Assembly: GCA_964016885.1 (NCBI GenBank)
Contig: OZ024743.1
Coordinates: 188,852,001-188,916,000, forward strand
Reading direction: 5' to 3'
Source of the DNA: Eledone cirrhosa
Lineage: Eukaryota
Length of the DNA stretch: 64,000 nt
This document shows positions 41,476 to 55,758 of this stretch, one piece after another (positions within the stretch are counted from its first letter, which is position 1; every line of letters starts with the position of its first letter). The notes beneath the pieces are model-generated. The model worked only from the letters and a program-made list of their open reading frames with translations. It had not been told where the DNA came from and did no database searches. A program made the position numbers and the translations under genes.

Positions 41476-42145
41476 AGCGCTTCATAACACCTTCTTGAAG
41501 AAAACAGAATTCAGAGATCCTCAAAAGTGCGACTGGTTAAAGAAAGGGGACCTTAAGAAAGCTACAGAAGGAATGCTACTGACTGCACAGGAGCAAGTCC
41601 TTAGAAAAAAGTGGATGCAATATCATATTGACAAGAAGGAGGCTAGCCAGCTCTGTAGGATCTGTGGAAATAGAGGAGACTGTGACTCACATTGTATTTG
41701 AGTCTAAACACCTAGCCCAGATGCATTATATAGGATGGAGGCATGATATCATAGGAAAAATTATCCACTGGCATTTATGCAAACTGAATAATTTACCCCA
41801 TTCTCAGAAGTGGTATTAGCATAAGCCAGAGTCAGTGATAGAAAACAATCAGGTGATGGTGCTGTGGAATTTTAGGATACAAACAGATAAAGAATTAGAA
41901 GCAATAGATCTGACATGTTGGGTTTTGACAAGGAAAAAAGATCTTGTTTGATTATATTTGCAGCTTGCCCCTTTGATACAAGAGTGCATAAAAAAAAAAT
42001 TAACTGGTACCAGGATCTAAAGTGGGAACTTAAAAGGATTTGGGACTGTCATAAGATCAAGTTCATCCCCATCATCATAAGAGCATGAAGTACTATCTTG
42101 AAAGGTTTCGAAGGCTGGCTATATAACATTAGCCCAGCCTCCTTT
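41476..42145 (+). mobile_element. 3' fragment of R4/Dong-like LINE
   Basis: WLKKGDLKKATEG, CRIC..ETVTHIV zinc knuckle, WRHD, LWNFRIQTD; similar to 60425..62067. Confidence 0.85.
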
Positions 42146-42253
42146 TTTTTGAAAAATGTATGGATATGGATATTTACTCATCTGATGAAACCTCTTGACT
42201 AGATTATGGAAATTTGTTGCATTTGAATCATTGTATTTGTCTAAGTAAATGGA

Positions 42254-45200
42254 TAGTCACACATGATCCTGTTTGTTCTGAAGCTTTATTCAACTAAATA
42301 GCTAAGCTCTGACATTGTACTAGAAGCCATATTAGTTTTAATCAGCTTGTAATATACATGCAATACTACAACAATATTTGCATAACAATATCACATTACA
42401 TCTCTTAGAAAGGAATTAGTTAAAATCCTTTTTATTATTTGAGAAATGTGTCTAACAACATTTGCAATGATTTTTCCCTTATCAATTGTCAAATCACGAC
42501 CTTTATTAATAGATCCTGGAATATCAATAAAGTCTTGATAGAATAATTTTTATGTTTGCCACTGATATTTATGACATTTATTGGATCTGCATGAGCTAGC
42601 ATACATTGTTCACCCTTATGAATCATAGCTGTATTATTTCCTGCTTCAAACATAAATCTAGTTTTGTTGTGCTTTATCATTTTGTCTGCATCTGTATCAA
42701 ACAGGAGCTGCAGTTTCATAAGGCATTGATATTGGCGATTGCAGTCATTCAAAGTGAGAGATTGTACAATAATGTATCAAATTTGTATTAATAGAATATT
42801 TACTTGATGTATACACATTTAAACCCATTTTAACACTTGTGACTATTCTGATAATTCTGTTAGAAATTCTAGTTGGTTTCATATGATATAGAGACATTTT
42901 CATAGGTTTCCACCTGATACTATGCAGACAAGTCATTATCTCAAAATCCATTGATATTTTCAAAGACAAATGCGTTGTGGAACACTATTTCCAGCGACCA
43001 CAGTTCTTAATATCTGCCTAACTGTTTCTGTTTCTTTATTCCTAACTCTTATTACTTAAAGTCACACAGAGTGTGCATCAACAGATATTAAGAACAGATT
43101 TAAATCTATAGGCACACATGAATGCTTTAATTCTTTTGACATCTAGCATATAGATCAAGATATTTACAGCAATCTGACTCCAGTACTTCTTAATTCAACC
43201 AATTCATTGTTGTCATTGAATTTCAATGCACATCAACATGCACTGCTTTTATTATTGATGTTTTCAAACAGGCTGGTGGAACAAATATTTCTAAATTATA
43301 CAAGATAGCATCTTCAAATATTAATTTATTTTTTATCGACTTAACTGGCCTTTCAATAAAAGAACAAATGCTACAATTATTATTAAAAACCCTCTTTAAT
43401 ATATCAGATAAAATATTATCAGTAATCATCTCTAATATATTTTCACATTTTATAAAAACAATTTCTACAAGATGAATGTAAAAAGCCATCATTATCACAA
43501 TCATGTTAATCTAAATCAATATTATTAATATGAGGGTAGGCTAAAAGGTTCATAAGCTGACTATGAAGGAATGATTCTAGGCTGTGAAATCTTGCATGCA
43601 TTAATTTCAACTCCTGATATTAATAACTGCATTATTTCTCTCCAGGGACAATGTTAAAAAATATACTTTATTTAGTCATTCCATGAGAGTGTCTTCATCA
43701 TCCTAAGAACCTTTCAGCTGTCCCTTGTACATTTTAACAGGGATAATGAATCAACATGTGCATTTAATATTCTTTTACTTAATAATCAAATGCTTCCATT
43801 TTAAGTCTCCTTTTAGAATATGTACAGCTGTTATGTTTAGTAAACAACAATCACCATCAGCTGCAGTATCATCATTACCTTTTTTACATCAGCCTTTCCA
43901 GGGTGGCATGGTTTGAGGCAGTATTCTACAGTGAGGCACCCTTCTTGACAACAACCCTTTTAGTTGCTTCTTATAACACAGAGATATGGTTTACTTATCT
44001 TAAAGTGGATACACACAATGTTTGCTGAAAATAAATTGTGTAATTTGAGCCAATTTACATTTTTTACCTAACAGAAATGCTATACTGTTCAAGTACAGAA
44101 ATATATTTACCAAGGTTTCCTTTTCAATATTTGAGTATCTTGTTTCATTAGTGGTTAATGTTCTTAATAAGTAGAGTACAGGAGGTAGAGGTCCATTTAG
44201 TTCCATACAAAAGAGCTTTTCCTAACAAACCTTCAAGTGGTTTCCCCAGCTTCATTATGACTAATGGTTTACTGTGTCTTGCTCCAGGAATATATTAGTT
44301 TTAAAAACTCTTAATCTATCAAGTCGTTCTGGAACTTTAACCTTATGAATTAACGATGTTTAATTATGACATCTATTGCAAGCAATTCACAATTCTTCTT
44401 GCATTTAGCAACAATGAGACTTATCACTTTCCATTAATGCATCAAACTTTCTAAAATTTCAGTGAATGATCTAACAAATTGTTTTATCTTATAATCACAG
44501 TTTCTTAATTTTGTTTAATCCAGATCTTTCCAGAAATTCTGCAATATCTGACATCTGATATAGTGTTACATTGTAGTGTTTCAATCAATTTAGTAAATGC
44601 TTGTCTAGTCTTTATTTGCTCAATCCTATTTGTATAGTTCAATTTCCTCAATCTATTTGAAAGTGAATTTCTTCTCCACAATTAATACAGATTTTAACAA
44701 ATGCTGACTATTCTGATGCTGTATGCTTTTATCGATAAAAGTATTATTTCAGGCAAAATAGCACAGTGGTATAAAATTCACATTTAGTTTTTCTTTTTTA
44801 ATGCAATCTTTAAAAATTTAGAGTGTTTGAAGCTGCTGAATAAATTCAGTGCATGCAGTAGGTTTTGGATCATCTGACAGATGATACACATATATTAAAT
44901 GATGCCTAAATACTTGCAAACCCTCTATGTGCTTCATATGAATAATAACATCTACACTTTGATCATTAGCTACATTGTTTTCAAATTCACAAAATCCAGC
45001 TGACACATTTAATCTCTGAAAATAACTTTAAATTGGATTCATTATTACGGAGATTGTATATTGCTAAAATCCATTTCTTTAAATTTGTGAAGTTCCACCA
45101 TAACTGAAATTCTTTATATAACCTCTGTTTGATAAAAACAAATGTCACTTCTTATCATCAGTGCCCAGAATTTCCTTTGTGCTTGCTGTAGTTGCAGAAC

Positions 45201-45445
45201 ATCTCAGTAAAGTTTGTTGTCTTGGTCATAGAGTGGAAATAAATTATTATTCAATGGAACTGTTGTTTTGTGCTGTATTTATACATGAAACGCCATGGTC
45301 ACATGTAATCCTTTGCATTCAGAAGATGTATTCAATCAAATCCCCAAGCTCGGATACTGAAGTAGTAGCCACATAAAATAGTCTTAATCAGCATGTAAAA
45401 TGCATGCAATATTATAACAACATTAACATAATAATGTCTATCAAT
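42254..45445 (-). mobile_element. Old, degenerate Gypsy-like LTR retrotransposon
   Basis: Diverged direct repeats ~42254-42400 and ~45296-45445; RNase H-like LTTNETRYSNIEKETL; integrase-like IFVPP...IIKAVHVDVH. Confidence 0.7.
43531..43727. mobile_element. Tc1/mariner-type MITE nested in the Gypsy remnant
   Basis: TIRs TGAGGGTAGGCTAAAAGGTTC / GAACCTTTCAGCTGTCCCTTG with TA on both sides. Confidence 0.75.
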
Positions 45446-45493
45446 CATTGGATGAAAACTATTAGGATAACACTAATCGTTTTATTTTAGATT

Positions 45494-47840
45494 AATAAGG
45501 TAGATGAGGCAGTTAAGGCCAAGAGACAGACATGGAAAGAATGGAAGAACGGGGGAAGCAGGGTACATTACATAGAGACCAAGAGGGAAGCTAGATGACA
45601 AGTATACTTAGCTAGGAGGGAAGCAGAGGATAGAAAATGCAAGCCTATTTTGCAACGTGAGGACCAGAAACAGGAGGTGTTCAAGAGTGTGAGGCAGTGT
45701 GTCAGAGAGAAATGCGATGTCATTGGAGAGAAGTGTATCCGGAATGATAAAGGTGAGCTTGCCCTCACAAGTGCTGAGAAGAAAGATGCATGGAAAAGCC
45801 ATTATGATAGATTACTAAATGAGGAGAATGCATGGGAAGAAGAGACCCTACCCCAAGTAGACCCTATAGAGGGGTCAGCAGCAGTGTAGTAAGTAAGGCA
45901 ATCAAAGATATGAAGATGGGGAAGGCAACCGGTCCATCGGGTATAGCTGCCAAGATGCTGAAGGCATCTGGGCCTGTAGGTCACACTATAACCACACGTA
46001 TTGTTAACCAGGTAATACTAGAAGGTGTCATACCAAAAGATGTGTGCAGTAGCATCATTGCCAACTGCTACAAAGGTAAAGGTGATGCACTAGATAGAGG
46101 AAACTATAGAGGTATAAAGCTGATGGACCAGGTCATGAAAGTGACAGAAAGAGTTATAGCACAGTTGATTAGGGACCGGGTAAAACTAGATGAGATGCAA
46201 TTTGGGTTTGTACCAGGAAGAGGCACCACTGATGCCTTCTTCCTTGTGAGGGAGTTACAGGAAAAGTACCTAGCTAAAAGTAAGCCACTCTACCTGGTAT
46301 TCGTCGATCTCAAGAAAGCCTTTGACAGAGTTCCACGTGCTGTAATCTGGTGGGCTCCATGAAAACTAGGAGTAGATGAATGGCTTGTGAAAGCTGTACA
46401 AGCCATGTATAGGGGAGCAGTCAGCAAAGTTAGGATTAGCAATGAGTATAGCGAGGAATTTAGTGTACAGGTTGTTGTCCACCAGGGCTCTGTTCTTAGC
46501 CCCCTCCTGTTCATCATAGTCCTGCAGACAATAACGGAGGAGTTTAAGACCGGATGCCCATGGGAACTCCTGTATGCAAATGACCTCACACTTATAGCTG
46601 AATCTATGGTAGAACTAGAGAAGAAATTTCAAACTTGGAAGCAGGGACTAGAAAGAAAGGGTCTCAAAGTCAACCTGACAAAGACTAAGGTCCTTGTAAG
46701 TATACTAGAAAACAGAACCCAGATCCCCTCAGGGAAATGGCCTTACTCAGTATGTAGGAAAAGTATAGGTAGGAACTCCATTCTCTGCCCCAAATGCAAA
46801 CAATGGGTACACAAGAGATGTAGCAGGATCTCAGGAAGCTTAATTAAGAATGTAGGCTTCACATGTAGCAGCTGTGCTGAGACAGCAAGCACCAAACAGC
46901 CACAGGAAACAATTACCACCAATCTCTGGGAGGGCTCTGTAGAAACAGTAGACAGCTTCTGCTACCTAGGTGACCGAATTAGCAGCGGAGGTGGGTGTTC
47001 AGAAAGTACAATAACTATGGTAAGAACGGGATGGAAGAAGTTCAGGGAACTACTGCCACTGCTAGCTGCAAAAGGCTTTTCCTTCAAAATGAAAGGCAGA
47101 CTGTATGATACGTGTATACGAACAGCAATGTTGCATGGTAGTGAGACCTGGGCGCTGAAGGTGGAAGACTTACGTAGATTAGAAAGAAACGAAGCCTGCA
47201 TGCTCCGATGGATGTGTAATAGTAATATACACAAATGGCAAAGCATAAATGAATTGAGAAAGAGACTGAGCATAAGAGGAATCAAATGCTGTGTGCAGGA
47301 GAGGCAGTTGCATTGGTATGGACATGTGATGCGTATGAAGGATGACAGCTGCATAAAAAGGTGCAGAGCACTAGAAGTCAATGGAAACCGCGGAGTGGGG
47401 AGACCCAAAAAGACCTGGGATGAGGTGATAAAAGCCGACCTTACCCAACTACACCTCTGAAAGGCGATGACACATGACCGTGACATCTGGCGTCACACAG
47501 TAATACAGAGTACCTGACCTCCCATGGGTACAAGCTGAAGCATATAGACAATATGCCCCCACACCATCCCACTGCAAAGTGGTCGTGGAAGTTCCACGGC
47601 AAAAAAGCAGCCAGCCCACACTGTAAATTGGACGTGTAGGCGCCACGGAAAAAAAAGCACCCAGCACTCACTGTAAATGAGGTTGGCATTAGGAAGGGCA
47701 TCCAGCTGTAGAAATCAAGCCAGAATCAGTTCCCGTATGAGCAAGACAAGGTCAGTCGACTGGATACTGCCCACAACAGGACAACCCATCTAATCCATGC
47801 TATTGTGGAAGAACGGGCGTAAAACGGTGATGATGATGAT
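45494..47840 (+). mobile_element. 5'-truncated Expander-like RTE LINE
   Basis: RT ORF pieces 45832..46362 and 46387..47460; 3' UTR and (GAT)n tail. Confidence 0.93.
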
Positions 47841-49059
47841 TTACTGAAGATCTTGCAGCATTAGCTACTTCACCTATCAAGCATGTTCTTCCTCATATCA
47901 TTCTCCCTCATTTGTCTCTTATCTTCTGTCTCTCTTACACTTTCTCTGAATTGCTTTGCATAGATGTAACATTTTCATAGGAAATTGAATTGCTTAAAAG
48001 ATCCTGATGAATTAAATGCTGAGAACAAATTTTAATAGTCGATAAATAGTGCTTCATCTATATCAATTTATATTACTAATCTTCTTAACAAAAAAATGAT
48101 ATTACAATTTTCTAATTTTCTCCAAAGCTCCAAGGATTGTTAAAATATCACACATCCATTTGTATGATATACATTTAGGTCAGAAAAATGTTATCTTTAG
48201 CATTGAAATATATGAAACTCATTATAGTAAAACATATTCTAATGACAAATAGGGATAGTGTATATAAAATAATTTTGTATGTTTGTTCTATAACAAAAAA
48301 AATTTTAGAACAGATATTTAACAGGCAAAAGATGTTCTCCATAAGCAGTATACCAATTTCCAATTGTTACAACATCATCATTTTTCGCCAACATAATCGT
48401 TATTGTCATCATCTTTAGTTTTATAGGCAACAGCTGCAAATTAACATGTATTTTATTATAACTGTATGTGTGAGATGAGCTTGAACAAAAGTCTATTTTG
48501 ATATGCTGTTATCTTGTTTCATTTTATCTATCATGTAAATAACTCTTCTAATATCTGATTAAATCACTCTATTTGAAATCTCTCTCAACCCATCTCAGTG
48601 TCTGGCTCATGTATATTATACAGCTATTTTGATGTACTTAATCAAACACACAATCAATGTTTTTATTATTTAACAGTGTGTTAAAGTAATGAAATCAGAT
48701 ACAAGCGAACATCCTTTTAAAACTTGAGTCATTTTCTCTCCTAGGCGGCTTCCAATATGGCTTCAATAAAACAAAATATTATATAGACATGTTTTCTTAT
48801 ATCACACACTAATATAAACATTGACACATTCATTCAATTAGAAATAATTTCATTTATAAACAAGCAAACTGTCCTTCCTTATTTTCATATACAGAAACAA
48901 ATTACACTTATCTTCAACTATCCTTCGATTAATCCATGCTATAAATAAACGTTATAAATAAAAATTTTCAGAGACCAAATGGAGCTACATGAGACAACAA
49001 AGCTGAAGCTTTGAGGTCCTTGTCATTTTTTTCTTCAAAAATAAACTATATATATTATT

Positions 49060-49950
49060 ATCATCACCATTGTCATTCTAACGTCTGCTTTCCCTGCTTG
49101 TAAGGGTTGGATGGGTCTACATAGACAAATTCAGTACTGAAGCAGTGGCTACTGATCTCCCAGACAAGCCAGAGGTCTGTTGTCTCACTTATGTATGATC
49201 TCACATTCTACCAAGTGCACAGAGGACATTGTCATGTCTTTGACACAAATGAGGGTCCTCACAACCCTTCATCTGGAAAGGTTTCTATGACTGGATGCCC
49301 TTCCTATCACCAACTACATTATAGCATGTACTAAGTGCATTTATCATGTAGATCATAAGTAGGAAGAACTAGGAAGGTTGTTATGTCCTTAACATGACTG
49401 AAGGGTCTTCCCAACCAATTGTTTGACAAACTTTCTATGGCTGGATGCTTTTCCTATCCTCAACCACTTTACAGCTTGTACTGGGTGTATTTATCATGTA
49501 CTAGAGAGGCTGTCATGTCTTAGCGTGACTGAAAAGTTCCTCCAAACAAATCTCTCCACAGCTGAATGCCCTTCCCATTACTAACACTTTACAAAGCGGT
49601 GGGGCAACTATGAGTATATGTGGGCAGGGGACATGGGATGTGTCAGGCAAAGGTTGTAGTAATGATGGGGATAGTTGCTATGAGCTGTGGTGGAAGGAGG
49701 GGGGGGGGGGCAGTCCACATTGTATGTTGCAGGCTGGGTCTACTTCAGCACCATATAGCACCAACCCTCACAATCTTTAGTCGTTTCCGTTGGGAGGTTT
49801 AGTTTTTTAAGGTTGCTCTTCACAACCTCATCCCATGTCTTCCTGGGCCTACCTATACCATGTGACCCAGCTACTGAAGTTTCTCTGCATTTTTTATGCA
49901 GCTACTATCTTCCATATGCATCACATTTCCATACTAACAAAGTCTTCTCT
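49060..49950 (-). mobile_element. Old RTE 3' remnant with repeated 3' UTR module
   Basis: CTGGATGCCCTTCC motif recurs three times; GRPRKTWDEVVK remnant near 49820-49855; related to 63148..63670. Confidence 0.65.
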
Positions 49951-52900
49951 CTTGCATACTATATCCAATTCCTGTTATGCCAAGACATTTTATTTCATGA
50001 TGCTCCAGTTAACTCAGCCATAGAAATGAGTTGCAACGTCACTGCTGCCAAGCTGTTTTGGCATTTTCCTTTCCCTTTGACAACATTAGTAGCATGGGCG
50101 ACTGTTGGTCTTCCACAAACAACCTTGCCCAGACTTGTGCCTCAGAGGAGAACTTTCTAGGTAGAAATCCCATGGTCATTTGTGCCTGGAGGGGGTCTTT
50201 ACCCTTTTATATATATTTCGCCAATCTACCACCCACAGCAGCAGTATTCTTTTGATTTGTAATTCTGATTCCATGTCTGAATTTCATTTTTATTTCATTC
50301 AGAGGAAAGTGCAATGCATATTGCACTAAATTTTGGCCAAGATAACAATCGGAGCAATCCTGATTGCATAATAGAAAAAAAAGTTCCTTAAAATGATAAT
50401 TAGCAATCAATGTTTTCTCACATCACATTCTACCCTCTTCAAAATGGAAGATCTCATCAAAGAAAAAGTCCTTTATACATTACATCAGAGTCAAAAACTC
50501 TATAGTCACAGCTGAAAAGTTGGTTGAGCATTGAATTGGATATTTTAGAGCAAGATATTCTTTTTAAACTCTATTAATTCAGCAAACTTTCAAAAGTTAA
50601 CCCAACTATAATTTTTCAATTTGAAAATGTGAGAGTCCAAAATACAGAAAATAACAGTAATAACAATCTACCTCTATAAATGATAGATGAAAACATTCGG
50701 TAAATCACCCTTAGACATAGAAAACTTGATGCAATTTTTTAAACTATTATTGATTGAATGTTATTACAATTATTTTCAGAATTCAGAACTGTCACACTAT
50801 CAAATTTAAACACTCCCAGTACTTTGATGCTATATGAGGTTTATTTAATCTTTCAATTCTATGCTCCAAGCAAGCAGAAACAATATCAAAACATAAGAAA
50901 ATATAATAAGGATGTGTTTTTAAAATAAAAAAAAAAGTGTTATTGCTTTTTAATCTTCTATTTTAACCCTTAAGCAATTTTGAATGGTCGCACTGCTTAA
51001 TCAACACATTTTCAATGAAATTCAAGCTTCTTGTGAAGGGATAAGGAGAATGAAAAAATTAGAGTTTCCAATTGATTTTCTCCTTTAGCCTCTTATCCTC
51101 ATTCTCATCATCATAATGAATTTAGAATTAGACTACCTTCTCATATGTCTTTAGTTCAAATCCAAATGTTATATATATTTGTCCATTATTCTTAGTTATA
51201 CATCTTCAGATTTATTATGCATTACTTACATGATAATTACCAAATTTTATGCAATGTTATCTAAGATTGTCCAGCAACCTATCTGTAGGGACATAGGATT
51301 TCTCTCATATTTGCTTAAATCTACAAAATGAGAGTTAAGTGTTGGTCATCAATAAATTGGACTACATTATAATTTATTTAAAATACTTTATAGGCATAAA
51401 ATCATAACTTTGATGAGGCAGTATTAAAATAAATAGAAAGCCATTGAATTCAAGCTATGCCTTCATAATTCAATGTCAAAAAGAGAACGGTGATAATGCA
51501 AATCTTGATGATCATGAAGATATTACTGGTCATCGTAATAGTGATGACACAAAATAGTTCGAGGTATCCATTATTTTCCATTCCACCCCACATAATTGAA
51601 AAGATTTTGATAATTTATATTACAACAGCTGAAGGGTTAAAATAGAAATCAGAAAATGTGTTTCCACGTGCGAAAATACATTTTTTATTACACTTTCCCA
51701 AATTCTGATATTATTTCCTAGTTCCATCTCCACATCTGTGAATGTGTTAGTAAAAAATAAATTCTTTTCATATGAATACCGAATCTTTTTAGTTAACATC
51801 TTATTATAAAACACTTTATTCAACAATCACTATTAATTTTTAAATTTGAAGAGTGATCCACCCAGTGTTATCTTGTAACAACAAATATATAGAATGCCAG
51901 TAGGGAAATAATTGGATATAAATTAGTATTATTTAAAAGGTTTTATGCTTAAATTTTGTGCCTTCATTTATTTTCCCTTTTATAGAATATTCAGTGTTTT
52001 TTTACTCATTTGAGTTTTAAAACTGAATTGCAATTCATTTTCTTTACTTCTTTCAAGGATGGGGGGATGATTATCTTAAAAGAATATAGGGAGTTCTAGA
52101 TATAGAACAAAGAAAATATTCCACAAAAGCATTAAATAAAACTGGTTGCCTTTTAAGATCTTTCACTTAGTGCAGCTACATCATTTCATGCATTTCTGCT
52201 TTTCATACTTTTGTATGAAATATTCATATGGAATATTTCATACTTATGGATATTTCAAATAAATATTTTATATACATATTCTTATAAAACCTTGCATGAA
52301 ACATATACGATTACTACCAGGGCTAAAATTTATTTTCTTCTATGTGACAAGTATTCTCTAACATAATATAAGCTGCTATGAAATCAAGTTTGAAAGCGAG
52401 TTTTGATTCATAATCAAAGCTGATTAACTTCATTTATGACATAAATACTATTAAAAGAGGCATGGACATATCTAATCTCATTCACCGTTTTATTCATTTC
52501 AAGTAAGAAATTATTCTTGGCTGAAGACAAAGTTCTGAATTAGGTAACAGCAAGACAAAGAGTTGCTATAGTATGGCTTGTTTGGAGTTTTGATCTATGA
52601 GTCATTTCCCAACATTTGATGGTGAAGATATTCAACAACAATATTATTAATAACATTAACAGCTGCAACAACAACAATAAAATCAGATTCTATGAAGGAG
52701 CATTTTCAATGTGGAATCAAATTCTGAATGGAATGCAAATTGCTCTACCAAACTTGCCCAATACACAGTCCACAAATTCCAGATGTCACTAGAAGCTTCA
52801 TATCTCAAATCAATTCGACCACAACCACATGAAAACAGTGCTGGACTTACCTACAAGCTAAATAAGTTATATCTTAGGGCCACACACTCTCAGAGTCCTC

Positions 52901-54038
52901 ATTTTCAAAAATATATTTTTCATTTTATCATTAGTTTATATTCTTTAACACTAAGTCGTCAAAAATTATATAATATACTTATATATTGTAATCATTAATA
53001 AATAATAATCATGTATAATTATTTAAACATTTTTACCTGATTTGTTTTTAGAGAAGGGCCTTAAATTTCATATAGCTTAGAGTCTCAGCAGGTAGAAGTC
53101 CTGCTTTGCATGAATTGCAGTCAAAAATATACAACAGCAACAGAAATTACATCACATTATCTCATTGTATCACAGTATACTCACTGCAAGGAAATACATT
53201 TTTGCAGAATTTATTTTAACTAGGGAGGTAAATGAAAAAAAAAAAATGTTCTCATATGTGACCTACTCAGTTAACCATTCAGAATTTCAGCTGCTTTCAT
53301 CAATTAAAAAATGTTCTCAATGAATTTCTCTAAGAAAAATTAGTACAATACACTCTATAATTAACTTTAAGAATTTAAGATAATTTAGACAGAAAACCAA
53401 GAAACATTAAGACACACTAAGAAAGTATAGTTACAGGAACAAAATAAGACTTTAACTTATCCATAATTACTTTCAACTTGAATAGAAATCCCTAATATTT
53501 TACAGAGTTTGTTCCAATTTTGTACTTTTATGGAAATTAGTCTCAATAGAAGAATGTAAGTCTTTGTAGAAGGACATAACATCACAAAATGGTCTTATAT
53601 TGTCTTGTAATTTCTCCTGAGCTACATGGTTAATTGGCCATCATCTCTATCCTAATCCATAATGTTCTTCCACCTATTTGTCCTTCTTATTATAGTTATT
53701 TGATTCTTCATCAATGTGCTGCCTAGAGATATCAGGCAAAATCCCTTCATATGGTATTTTGTTGTTTAAAAGAGAGAAATTATTGAAATACGTAATCCTA
53801 TATATGCTACGTCAAAACTGATATTGCTTTCATATTTAGTTTTGATCAAACAGGGTTAAGCTGGAGCCACATGACATCACTAAACTGTATTTATATACAT
53901 ATATACATGATAATACTGAAACACATAGGAACGAAATACATTTGATCATTTTCCCACTCACTCAATGTATTAGTTTATGCTACTCCATCTGGTGGCAACA
54001 TTCCATATGAAGCTGGCTTGCACAGAAATTAGGTAATG

Positions 54039-54071
<33 letters not shown>

Positions 54072-54074
<3 letters not shown>

Positions 54075-54742
54075 TCATCATCATCATCACCGTTTTACGT
54101 CCGTTCTTCCACGCTAGCATGGGTTAGACGGGTTGTCCTGTTGTGGGCAGTGTCTGGTCGGCTGACCATGCCTTGCTCATACAGGAACTGATCTGGCTTG
54201 ATTTCTACAGCTGGATGCCCTTCCTAACACCAACCTCATTTACAGTGAGTGCTGGGTGCTTTTTCGTGGTGCCTACACGTCCACTTTACAGTGTGGGCTG
54301 GGTGCTTTTTTGCCGTGGCACCTCCACGACCACCTTGCGGTGGGGGGGGGGGCATATTGTTTATATGCTTCAGCATGTACCCATGGGAGGTCGGGTACCC
54401 TGTATTACTGCGTGACGCCAGAAGTCACGGTCGTGTGTCATTGACTTTGAGAGGTGTAGTTGGGTAAGGTCGGCTTTTATCACCTCATCCCAAGTCATCT
54501 TGGGTCTCCCCACTCCGCGGTTTCCATCAACTTCTAGTGCTCTGCACCTTTTTATGCAGCTGTCATCCTTCATACGCATCACATGTCCATACCAGTGTAA
54601 CCGCCTCTCCTGCACGCAGCATTTGATTCCTCTTATGCTCAGTCTCTCTCTCAATTCCTTTATGCTTTGTCGTTCACGTATATTACTGTTACACATCCAT
54701 CGGAGCATGCAGGCTTCGTTTCTCTCTAATCTACGTAAGTCT
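54072..54742 (-). mobile_element. 3' fragment of Expander-like RTE
   Basis: [15 protein letters not shown]...; near-identical to 25464..26140. Confidence 0.92.
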
Positions 54743-55245
54743 TTACACACATACACTATTTATGTTAAGCTGTTTACCAATAGGTAGAACTGGTGGTTTG
54801 GGCTGCTAAAAGACAATATAATTAATTAATTAAAGCACTCAACGTTATGCAAATCATCCATTGGTATCCTTGTCACCATTCAGCAGTCCTCACCTCTTCC
54901 ACCACATCTACCAGCCCACAATACTGGCATTAATTGATAGTGTGACATACTGGAACTGTCTACCATTCATATAACACCAAATTGGCAGGTTGTCCCCTAA
55001 TCAAATCAGTCCTTCTATTATCCATTATTCTATCTTCTATCCCCTATTTGGGTTCAACGTAATACTGTTAGATAATCCGTTATATTTTGACGTTTATAGA
55101 CATTTTTATGAACCACATCCAATATTAGTGGTTTATCACTCTTTGGAGTTGCTCCAGGAACGTGAGCCCTGCGAATTCCGGGGGGGGGGGGAACTGTATA
55201 TCTAATTGTCTGTCTGGCTCAATATTATATATATATATATATATA

Positions 55246-55758
55246 TCTTAACTATAATAAAGGGAAGAGCGTGGGATGGCGTCCAGAATATATTTTCTTA
55301 TCCCGTTTGTAAAATAAGTTGGATTACTTTGATTAAATAATGAATGAACATTACATAATTTATGTACTAAATTTCGTAAAAATTAATTAAATATGAATAA
55401 TTTTATTGCTTATTTTAAAATTCAGTTCTTTAAAATTTTCAAATGTCAACACTTCTGGTTAGCGCCCGTTATATTATAACATTCATTACATTGCTTATAT
55501 AAACATTCATATATTTCTGTCGATAATTTTCTCCTAATGCAATTTATATATAATATTGTCTTCTTTTAATGTATCATGGATTACTTTGTGGATTACAGAA
55601 GAGAGTGAAATGCAGACTTCGTTCAATTTCTGTGTATATTGTCAATTACAATTTCATTTGATGTATCATATCTATATGTATATATATTTGCATATAATAT
55701 TAATATGCACACTACACATGCCAGCAGAAAACCACCCGAAGGGTGGTTTTTCTGCTGG
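55246..55758 (+). mobile_element. Short non-autonomous Helitron candidate
   Basis: Starts A|TCTTAACTATAATAAAG after (TA)n; ends in hairpin CCACCC-GAA-GGGTGG followed by CTGG (next base C rather than T). Confidence 0.55.

Noticed and set aside
42175-42225. CTGATGA...GAAA on the plus strand (also isolated cores near 13115, 48005 and 56237)
   Set aside because: Required helices absent; expected chance matches.
52835-52870. Minus-strand TAG|GTAAGT resembling a recursive splice site or microexon
   Set aside because: Weak polypyrimidine tract and no evidence of a host transcript.
50963-53859. TTAACCCT ... AGGGTTAA as piggyBac-like termini
   Set aside because: Inverted match extends only about 4 bp beyond TTAA and there is no convincing transposase remnant.
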